A stretch of 64,000 nt of DNA from a virus, in IMG/VR virus record IMGVR_UViG_3300046462_000310, positions 5,737 through 69,736 of that record; one strand, written 5' to 3'. The translations under genes were made by a program, and so were the position numbers. The notes below the pieces were generated by a model. That model did not search any database. It was not told the origin of the DNA and worked only from the letters and a program-made list of their open reading frames with translations. Below, piece after piece: positions 37,479 to 48,000 of this stretch; within the stretch, counting starts at the first letter, position 1, and every line of letters starts with the position of its first letter.

Positions 37479-38107
37479 TTCTTCTGCAAAACCATTTCGA
37501 TAAAGCACTCCACGCCTTTATCTGGATCGAAAGTCTGATCCACTGTAACCGGTAGGTTGAAATCGTAATTCGTCGTCACGAGCCGGCAGACTATCACATC
37601 GGCGCCGAACTGACTCAGCCACTCAGGCAGCTTAATGTGGTAATCTATAGCGGACCGTTCGGACTTATGAAATGTCTCCCCTGGATCCCCGTTCGAAATC
37701 GACATCGACCACGTTGATCGGTGGCCTTGATTCCAGTGGCTCGGCCAACTTCGCTTCTCATAAAGCTCCCAATCAGGAACAGTGGCCACGATATACCCGC
37801 CAGGTTTCAACACCTTCAGCCACGAGCGCAACATCACCGCGGGATCAATGGCATGTTCCAAAACTTGGGATCCGTGCACAAAATCAAATGGTTCATTTGG
37901 AGCAATGAATTGTGTCACGTCGTCGCCGGCGCCATCAGGTAGATCAAGCGTGCTAACTAAATCACAGTGCGGCCAATCACCTGGTCTCATCGGATCATCT
38001 CCGGAGCCCACGTCCAAACCGCTCCCCTTGAATACGTCAGTCCATTTGAGGCTTTCCGACTGCTGCTCAAGTGAGCGGCGACGCATCGCCTTCGAAGTCT
38101 CTTTCAC
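37475..38107 (-). CDS. Class I SAM methyltransferase
   Basis: GLDVGSG, FDFVHGSQVLEH, LKPGG. Confidence 0.85.
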   Translation of the reverse strand: MKETSKAMRRRSLEQQSESLKWTDVFKGSGLDVGSGDDPMRPGDWPHCDLVSTLDLPDGAGDDVTQFIAPNEPFDFVHGSQVLEHAIDPAVMLRSWLKVLKPGGYIVATVPDWELYEKRSWPSHWNQGHRSTWSMSISNGDPGETFHKSERSAIDYHIKLPEWLSQFGADVIVCRLVTTNYDFNLPVTVDQTFDPDKGVECFIEMVLQKK

Positions 38108-38216
38108 TTCAGCACCGGCTGCCTGAATGTCTTACACTTGCCGACAGGGGATTTGCAGATAACGCACTTAGGGCGTTTCAGTGATTTCTGTTTCTTCATA
38201 ACGACACCTATACCGT

Positions 38217-38235
38217 GACAGCGTTTCGCTGACAA
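38217..38235 (-). promoter_or_regulatory. Dyad/promoter heading the GT cluster
   Basis: GACAGCG-TTT-CGCTGAC; TTGTCA-17-TATAGGT, then ATG at 38199. Confidence 0.7.
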
Positions 38236-38253
38236 TCACAAAAATCAAAAATC

Positions 38254-38766
38254 TTAGTGATGCCACTTCGCCGCGTAATCCAGTAAGCGTGTAATTCTTT
38301 CGGGGTTTTCTTCCATTAAGCCTAATGCGGTGTTGCATCTAGCGCATAGTAATCCTCGTATTTCCCCCGAGCGATGGTTATGGTCAACGGCTAGTCGCCT
38401 TCCTGATTTGCATCGCTCCTTGCAAACGGCGCATGAATGATTTTGAGCTTTCAGGAGCGCGTCGTATCCATCGACCGTTAATCCGTGACTCCACATCAGG
38501 CTACGTTTCCGGGATGCTTCTTTATTGTTTCGGTTCGGCCTAATTTTATCGTAATGGTGCTGGCATAAGCCATGTGCCTTAGACCTATTCTTGCAACCGC
38601 GCTTTATGCAAAGGCGTTCTTCTTTTGCCCACTGCCTCAACACCGTAAGATCGGAACCATGTTCTATCTGTCTCCGATGACCAGAGCAGTACAATAGGCG
38701 TTGCTTTCTCAGATTTTTACATCCTGGGAATTTACAAAAAAGCTGACCAAGTTCTACTTGTTCCAT
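38254..38766 (-). CDS. Endonuclease VII-family HNH nuclease with N-terminal Zn fingers
   Basis: CAVC...LAVDHNH...RGLLCARCNTALG. Confidence 0.85.
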   Translation of the reverse strand: MEQVELGQLFCKFPGCKNLRKQRLLYCSGHRRQIEHGSDLTVLRQWAKEERLCIKRGCKNRSKAHGLCQHHYDKIRPNRNNKEASRKRSLMWSHGLTVDGYDALLKAQNHSCAVCKERCKSGRRLAVDHNHRSGEIRGLLCARCNTALGLMEENPERITRLLDYAAKWHH

Positions 38767-39059
38767 TGCTTGGCGTTCGCAGCAAACGTAGCACGCTTGC
38801 GCGTCAACGGATTCGGACTGTTTTTCAATTCCGCCGTGGTCTTGCCGGTCCGCGCCTTGAGCGCATTGAACTTGCCTTTGTTCGCTGGGTTGATGTGGAT
38901 CCCACCTTTTCTATTTCTCGGCAGTGTGTCCACCCCTCTTTTGGGCTGATCATCTTCGTCGTTATCGTTAATCATTTTCTTGCCTCCTTTCCATAGTTTA
39001 TGAATGTCGTCTGGTAAAAATTGCGCTGGTGGCGCACCTATTACGCTGCTTGCTTCCAT
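38754..39059 (-). CDS. Small basic phage protein (true start probably near 38974)
   Basis: IHINPANKGKF...KRATFAANAKQW motif. Confidence 0.55.
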   Translation of the reverse strand: MEASSVIGAPPAQFLPDDIHKLWKGGKKMINDNDEDDQPKRGVDTLPRNRKGGIHINPANKGKFNALKARTGKTTAELKNSPNPLTRKRATFAANAKQWNK

Positions 39060-42000
39060 TGCTTCACGATGTTTACACGGTTCGCCTGCGGTGTCGAACC
39101 TTTCGGAAACATCTCGCGCTTGATTTGCTCCGTAGCTTGAGTGTGTAGTTTCTCGATCAGTTTTACGTCTTCCTCAGTGGGTTTGGCGATCTGTTGAGAT
39201 GTGAACCGTCCGGTTAAAAGTTGGTCGAACCGTTTGCCGGCCGCGATCTGATACTTGGTCGATTGCGCAGGCGTCATCTGCTGCGTCTTCCCATGAATAT
39301 CTTGGTATGTCGTTCCGGGCTCGGTAACGGCCTTTTGGTCTCGTGGGTGACTATTATTCCAATGAATCAGGAGGCGATCTGCCTTTTTGAGTTCATCGTA
39401 CGGATGAATAGCGGCCATCGTGAACATTCGGGTGAACCAGTTCCCCGTCTTTTTAACAGGGTTTCCGTACACGTCGATCTTCGGCTGCCGCAGACTCGGC
39501 ATCGGCAAGAGATTGTATGCGAGATTCGAGTGTTTGGCGTCAGGGACGAAATCATCGTAGTTGCGCAACGGTTGACGGATTAGATTCGGCACCAGCCAGT
39601 TCAGGAACAGGTGAGGCACGGCCTGTGTCACCGGGGTTTCACCCGAGAACATCTTCGAGAGACCGTCCAGGTTCATCAGGAAACTCTTCTCGTCTGTCTG
39701 GGCGAGCAGATAACCGGCTAACGCGTCCACGGCTTCCCGCGGCCCCAGTTCGCCCTTGAGGAGATGCTTCGTGTTGATCAACGTGTCAGCCACGGTCCCT
39801 AGTATCGTCGCCGCCGGTTCGTATTTTCCGTAATTGAAATTTACCCCGTTGCGGCCACCTATCCTAATCACGTAAGGACCGCCATACGCCCGCTGTTGTA
39901 GTTCTCTCACGCCTTTCTTGAGTTGCGTGTAAGGCGTCGAACCTGTGATTAAAACGTGCTTATCGTCGTCGTCACTGTCGCCAGCTATAATTCGCCAAAT
40001 GATTGCGCCAACGGCCAGTGCCGCTATCGACTTGGCGATGTCTCGGATCTGTTGCGGTTGCGAGTAGTTAGATTGAAACTTTTCGCCGTTCCAATTAAAA
40101 AAGCCTTCGCCGGCGTCATACGAAGACTTGGCCGCTTTCGTGAACTTGATCGGAGTAGTAACCGGAGCCGCGACACCGCGCGCAGCGTTTTTCAGGTAAT
40201 TGTATGGAAGCTGCACGAACGGGAAGAAATACCCCCAAGCGTGACTCCGGCTCCTGGTCTGCGCGAACTGCCCTACCGCGTTGTCTATCCAGTTGCCCTT
40301 AATTCCACGAACCCAGTTTCCTTTCGAGTCCTTGAATGGCACGGGTTCTCGTAACGCCATCCACTTAGCGAAATCTGCAGCCTTAATCCATGCCGGGCTG
40401 CCAGGCGTAGCGACAAGCTCGTTCATTCGTTTCGTAAGCGCATCCCCAGAGAGTCCTTCTCGTTTAGCCATCCGGTACGCTACCGGCGTAACTTCCATCA
40501 TCCCGTTCAACGTTTTAATGAATCCGTCCACGAACCACAGAACTCGCGTCGGCATCCTGATGACGCGTCCCCGTACGGGGTTCCAATTCCCGAGATTCTT
40601 CTGTAGCGCGTCCTCGACAGGTTTGGCTTTGTCACCAAAAAACTGTTGCAATGGTCGCTCGGAAATGGACGGACGGTGAAAGGTTTGCTCCGCGTTAAGT
40701 TCGCCTGGGTACAGTTCGGACTGACTGTTTAGAACCTCTTGATCGAATATGTCACTCTCTGTGGACCATTGACGGGCGCCTACTCGCAACGCTCGGGCCA
40801 GCGAAGGAACCACTCCCCTGAAGATGTATTTGAACTCCTTGAACGTCGGCGCATCCGAGTTCTGGTACATCGGCATGAGATTAACAAGACTTTCGAGTCC
40901 GCGCATAACGGTGAACTCGAAAGCACTGTTCGCTAGTAAACCAACCTTGTACGTGATGTGCGTGGTAGGACCGGATAGCAGATTTTGGAGTCCCGCTTCG
41001 TAAATCATGTCGGCGCGATTACCGTTAGCCGCCTGAGCTACGCGCGCAATCTTCGCGACATCATCCACGCTCCCGAGATCCGCGCCTTTACGCACCATCA
41101 TCTCTTGATACAGCGGCAATCCAGGCTGCCCGAGCACTCTGCCGGTGTAGGGCGGCTTTTGACCTTCAGGATACGGAACCGGAGCGTTCTCCCGACGCGC
41201 AACATCTTCCGGGGATTCTATCACGGTCCGCGGCACCTTCGGCGGAACGAAAATCTTAGAGCGTTTCCGCTTTGTCACCTTGAATGTCCCTTGATCCTTC
41301 GCGGATACCAATCCCATGCCACGCATGATCTTGCGGGCCTCGGCTAACGCGTCCGCGTCGCTGATCTCCTGAGCGCGAAGTGGCTGCGTTGCCAACATCC
41401 CCTCGAAACTCATATTCTCGACGCGTAGCCCTGCCTTCACCTTGGCAACCAATTCCTTCTCAACCTGGTCGTTAAACTGGTCGATCGTGTCTCTCACGTC
41501 CTTCTCTGTGAGTCCTGTCGCCTTGGCGATCTCTTTCGAGGTTCGCTCCCCACCGATCGCCAGCTTTAAGGCTTTCTGATGCGGCACATCCAGATTTTTG
41601 CGCTGGTTTTCCAGAAATTCTTTCCCTTTCCCGTGCAACTCCCAGCCGCCGCCCATAATGTCTTCGAGTGTCACGCCACCCTTGGAAATGTAGGAAAAGG
41701 CCTTTTCAAGCTGGTCCAGGCGCTCTTTCATGGCGGCATCAAGCATCGCGCGCTTCTTCGCCTTATCGGGCTCACGCTCAATCTCCGCTTCCTTTGCCGG
41801 CGGCAATGTCGAAATCACTTTGGTTAGAAATTCCCGATTCCGTTCCTCGGGCGTCTTATGCGGGTCGAATCCAGCCGCGAGATCCCGCGCGGTCTGTCCA
41901 CGGATGTTCCGATAAGCAAATCCTGCCGCAAACATATTGCGGAGTCCTTCAGGAGAGGTGTCCCGACTCAGATCGGCCAGAAGCGTCTTAGCCGCCATCA

Positions 42001-45000
42001 CTTCGCTGTCACGCAAGGTATCGCCATTCAACCATCGTTGCGCGACTTCTGTGGCCGAGATCGGATTCTTCTCAGCTTCCCGCTGCATTTGGTCCCGCGA
42101 CTTCGGTTTCCAGAGATCAGTGTAATACTGGTCCACCGCGCGCTGCGACGCTTCGCTGGCACCCATCGCCAGGTCAGGACGCCCAATGGTGTAACGCCCG
42201 CGCTCTTCCGCGTTCGACTTATCGAACAAATTCTCAAGCTCATCCGTATTCAGGCTGTCGATTAACTGTTGTAACGGATCCGCGCTGGATTGCGCTTTGA
42301 GTTCGTCCTTAACGTAAGAATCTATGACATTCAGTGCATCACCTGATTCCAGTCCACCCTCGTCACTGGTAAATGTATATCCTTGCTTTTTTGTAAGCGC
42401 CAAGGCCTCATCTCTGTCAACAAACCGGCCTTTGGATGTCGTGTAACCGTACTCCGTTCTGTCATCCTGAGAGATTACGAACCTTGCCGTGCTGTCAGGA
42501 ATGGCGTCCACTAATGCGTCGGCGTGCGTACCCAGTGAGGTAACGACGCGACCGTTAGGTAATTTGACCGCTACCTTTTCAATCCTCTCGTCTTTCGAAA
42601 TCGGCTGACTCAACAAATCACTCACCTTCGTAATGCCCACTTCCCCCAGCTTCCGACGCATCCGTTCCATAGCGGTTGTTGCCAACTTACTCACAGCCTG
42701 CGGGCTCACCCCGATCCCGTCCGCGATTTCCCTAATCGATTTCCCTTCCAAAATGCCGTTGAGCGCAGCCTGCATCCGTTCCGGTAACTGCGTCACTAAT
42801 TCGTTGATCACCTTGCGCCCTTCATCCAGTGCCGCTTCACTGCGCACATCGGACGTGCTGGGAATTAAATCCTTACTTGTCTCGTTCCGGCCCTCGATCG
42901 GCGCCTCAAGCGATCGCGTTTCCTGAATCCGTTTCAACCGGTTCCCGCGATCATACAACCCGCGCAGCTCATTCCGGACCGCCGTGACCGCAAACGGCCG
43001 AAACGCGCCCTTGTCCGGATGGTACGATTCCGCCGCGCGGGCCAACGCAATCCGGGCGTGTTGCTCCAAGTCATCTCGTTCCAGAGGGCCTTTGACGTTC
43101 TCGAAACTACGGGCAATCCTCATAGCTAGTGGTAATTCTTCATTAAATCTCTCCGTAGCTGGAGACGGACCGCCCTCGGGCCGCTGCGTAACTAATGGCT
43201 GTGATCGCAAAGTCTGGACCGCTTCCCTGATCGGCGTTCCCGCCCCGGCCCCCGCGTAGCTTTGCACCGCCTCGTATGCGTGATCTCGGTCCAGGAATCG
43301 CCCATTGGTTGTGGTGAATCCCTCCAGTAATCCAGGGATACTTCCCTCAGACCATCCCCGCCTGCTCACTTTCCCCTCTCGGGCTGCAGCGTACGCCGCA
43401 GATAAGGCGTCATCGTGATATGCCCCCGTGAAAATCTGACCATCCGGAAGCCGCACCGCCGCCGCCGAGATCCGTTCCCCCTCGTTATTGATCGGCTGAC
43501 TCCGCAGAACGTTTAACGCCTGCGTCCGCAACGCCACGCCCTTGCCGGTGCGTTCCTGCTCAATCACATCAAACACTTTCTGCCACGCGGTATCCAGCAC
43601 AGATCGTTCCTCGCCCTCCGGATAGGGTTTGAGATCGAACATCTGGTAGAACTTGTTCTCAACTCCGTGCACTAGGTAATCACTACGACGCCCTTCCGCC
43701 GACAGCTTGTCATGCACGAACGATTCGAACGACCGCGCCCCCATCTCGTGCGGAGTGCTCCAATAATCGCTCGATCGAAAATCATCGATCTTGCGCGACT
43801 CCCTGAAGTAATCCGTCGGACGCGATTTCACTTCCGTTACGCCTTCACTCGCCTTGGCGAGACGTTCTTGCGCGTCAAACATCGATTTCAACTGCCAAAA
43901 GAGTTGCTTGCCGAGGCTGTGATCCGCGCTGGTCGCGAAGCTGCGTCCGAGCACCTCCTTGTAAACCGAGTTCAAATCTTCAATCGCCTGGTAACTCTCT
44001 CGTCCGCCAAACCTGCTCTTCTCGCTCTCGATAAATTTCCGATCTCCAACATCTCCGGCTTCAATCTTCGCCGAGATCGTATCAAACCGTTGCAACTGCT
44101 GTGAAGTAGGCGGCTTCTTCGACCGAGAATAAACGTGATACGTCTCCAGTTGCCGGCGAATATCTTTCAGTGTGCTCGCGACGTGTTCACTCATCCTGTC
44201 GGCGTTCTTTTCCGCCAGTGACTTATCGATCTCGCCTGTGACATTTTTGCGAACCATCGCCTCCATCACGGCTTTAAAGGCGTCCTCCAGTTCAGCGCGA
44301 ACCTTCGTTTTATAACTGAATCCGTGGCTCACGTAGTTACCAGCCTTATTGGCGGAAACCTTGAATGTGCCCTCCGTCGTCTTTTCGGAAGGCGCCTTGG
44401 TGTCCTGTCGCGCCAGATAATGATCGAACGCGTGAAACCACTCATGCGCCGCGCTACCAGCCCCCTTGATCTTCGTCAGGTTTATGACTGCGTAATCCGG
44501 CTCGTAATGAGCGCGAGCGCCTTCCAAACCGTGTCCGCGCGCTCCAAATGCTATCGCCAGTTCGCCGTTCAGTGATAACGCGCGTGGATCTACGCCCAGC
44601 GCATGCGCGAGGTCATACATGGCATCGTAAGCGTGATTGAGTGCCGCCTGTCCTGAACTCCCCATATTCCAGTTACCAAACTCGCCGCCGCGAAACCCAA
44701 ACGCGCTCTGAAACATCCTCGGAGTAACATCGCCGAGCTTCGAAGTCGTAGCGGGTCGATGCGCCGGGCCGGTGCGCTCAATGTGGTCCAGCCACGGTTT
44801 CTCCGGGAAATTGAATTTATGATTGATGATCTCTTCTGGGTTTGTCGCCATGTAGTGCATGGCGTCCTCGCGAGTTGCGAACCCGTCCTTAACGGTTGGA
44901 CGCTTCCGTGGCCCAAGGCTGCGCTGGATGGCATAGTTATCGGTTTCGCCTGAGCGCGCGATATTGCGAACATCGTGGTTCCGCGACACCTCTAGTAACG

Positions 45001-48000
45001 GAATCGCCTTTTCAGCTTCCGCCTTGCTCTGGAACGCTGATCGACTCGCTAACCCGCCATCGCTCAACCCGATCACCCATTCGCCCGGTTTCCGAGCGTC
45101 CTCAAAGACGTGATATTTACGCATCCACGATGGTCTCTCATCCGCTGTCTTGCCTTCGCCTTTCGGACCAGTCTTTTCGGCCAAGTCTTTGCGCGCCCCA
45201 CCAATCTTCTCTCCGAAATCCTGAATCACCGCGTTCGAAGCGCGATGCAATTCCGAACCAGCGACCGGCGATGTCTCAGGAACTCCTAGTGGGAGTTCTT
45301 CCGAGACCGAGGCAGGCTGTTGAGTTTCGCCCGTTTCGGCAACTTTAATCCCTTGCTCGCCTGGTTCCACTCGTCCACGTTGACTCCCTGTTTCTCCAAC
45401 TCCTTCTTGTGGATGTTGAAGTACGCCGCCTGTTTCAGGCTTTTGTATGGCATTTGATTCTCCTCCTGTATTTCTCTCAGCTAACGCGACAGCGTTTCGC
45501 TGTTCACCTGCATCCAACCGATCAAACAAATTCAACTGACCCGGAAATTCTCTATTCGCGAAGCGCGAACGTAATCTCTGGGAGAACAACGTCCCTTGCT
45601 CTTCGCCTTCCGGCATCCTTCCGACAGCACCGCGCTGATCAAACAACCCCTGCTGCGATTGCACCTCGCCGCCTTGAATCGGACCTTCTGTCCATTTCGC
45701 CTTGAATTGCGCAACAGATTGCTGCCCGCGCGTCTCATCGCCAAACATGAGTTTCTGTCCCAGCGCGGACTCGGCCTTGTCGAGTACGCGCCTCTGATTC
45801 TGAGTTAACTTGGCACCGCTCTGCTCCAGTGAGAAAAGTTTCCGGTAAATTTTAGCCCAATCCTGTAGTGATCGCTGCACCGGCTCGGACGTAATTTGAG
45901 GAACTGTGTAAAGCGGAGCCTCACCAGATTCACGAGCGGCAATCTCAGCCTCCATTTTTGATCGTGTAGGCTCATCGGCAGACTGAACCCTCTGTTTGAG
46001 TTCCTCTGTCGTGTATGCTGGGAATGTCCTGCGACGCGTGGCAGACGACTGCGCCACGTTCCAAAGCATCTCCCTATCAGTGTCATTCGTGGTCGTCTTT
46101 TGCGCCTTCAGTATCGCCGCCGCACTCGGTGGCTCCTCATCCCCGAAAAACCGTTGCTGATTCGGATCCCCGTAATCCACAACCGCTTTCACGTATCGCA
46201 TTAGCGGATCCACCACCTGCTTAACGCTTCGAGCGTTCGCTAAAAGCTCTAGTATCCGAGCATCCAACGGATCTGTAGCCACGGCCCTGTGGGCCGTCCC
46301 AAGATCGAATGCTCCTTGCGAAAAATAATCCGATACGTTCCTGACTTCACCCGAGTCCTTCGCCCGTCTGTAATCCAGTAACGTCGTCAACGCGCGTCCC
46401 AGATTCGGTGTAATCGATAATGACGGGTTGATCGTATCCACGTTCACTATCGCCGGACCAACCTTCGATAATCCCGACACCACCTGTCGTATCCCAGGCG
46501 TGTTGATGTTATCCATCAAACTCGATAGTACCCTGTCCACGCCCGGTTGTTCACCGAGTAGATGTGCCAATAGCGCGGCCTGAGCGCGACGCTCAATCTT
46601 GCCGTTGTCCGGCGTACCATCTTCAAATCGGAGCTCTTTAGGAGCCCCAACGGAGTTGTAAAACGCCGTCAAAAATTCGTGATTGAAACTGCCGTCCTCG
46701 TTCGGATTCAACGATTGCGTAAGCGTCGGATCAGAGAACAAATTGCGATCGGATAACGCTGTCTCCGCAATGCTCCGTTGCTCCGTAGCAGCCGTGTTAC
46801 TCGCCTTAACCAATTCCTGTTGGCTGAGACCGCCGCGCTCCGCAGATGTCACGCGGACGAGTGCCACCGGTTCGCCATCTGGAATATCAGTTTTGATCCC
46901 GAGTCGCGCAGCCTCGCCGCGCGCCCACTTATCGTAAATCGCAGCCTTATCCGGATGCGACGCATACATGTCCCGGATCGCCATCGTCCGATTATTCCCA
47001 ACTTCAACGCTGCCATCAGGCGTAGTAATCGGAGCCCCATCATTCAGCGTAGGCGACGCGCCCCAAGCGATTTCCACATTCTCCGGCGTAAGATTCTGTA
47101 TGATCTCCAGCCGTTGCGCAGCGCCAGTCCGTTCCCGGTCAATCCTATCCTGCGCGGCCCCGCGCTCAGTGTTGATGGTAAGCGACTTGATAGGCGCAAG
47201 CGCCCATTTCCCAGAAATCACTTCCGACCCACGGGGATTCTTCGTGCGCCACTCACCCGCCAAAGGAATCGATTGCCCCTTAAACTCAGTAGAGTTTCCT
47301 AATTCAACATTGGGCGTTGGGCGTTGAGTGTTTGGGGTTTCTCCCGCCGTTCCTACGGCTCCAGTTCCTCGATCAGTCTCCCCGCCTCCGTCACGTCCAC
47401 TGCCCACTGGAACAGTTCCAGCCTGAACGCCTCCCGTTGCTCCAGATTCTCTTGTACTTGAATTGTCAGGTGCGGTGGCTCCGGCACCGACGGAAGGATG
47501 AACCTCGGATGTTTTTGTAACTGGGGATTGCTCATCAAAACGACCACGTAGCACGTATGCCAAAAGCTGTTCAGCCGAAACCGGTATTTTTGATTCTTTC
47601 GAGGCCGCAACGGCTTCCTGTATGCGCGACTTCGGCGACCGAACCCCGATTTTCACCGCCGCTTTCGTAGCAGCAACAACCTCTGCCTTCTCCGATTCCT
47701 CTTCAGTTCGACGTTGGGCGTTGGGCGTTGAGCGTTCGGCGTTTGCCGCTAATTCAATTCGGCTCGCTGGTTCAACCGCTCCACCAGAAACTTCCGGGAC
47801 ACCCGTATCTCCTCTTCCAGTTCCGCGAGTCCCTGTAATCTCTCCAGCACCAGCACCCGCTCCTTCGCCTCGTGTCTCCCCAGGAGGACCACGGGCAGTT
47901 TGTTCGGTGGGAACATTGCTTTTAGCTTTGGTTTCACTACTACCCTTTCCAGACTCCATCTGGGCGTGAGCGTCAACCTCTTTTACTTTACTGCGGATAA

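Noticed and set aside
45805-46086. Another +1-frame ORF inside the giant gene
   Set aside because: Arg/Ser-rich shadow composition, no SD, and the main frame looks structured here
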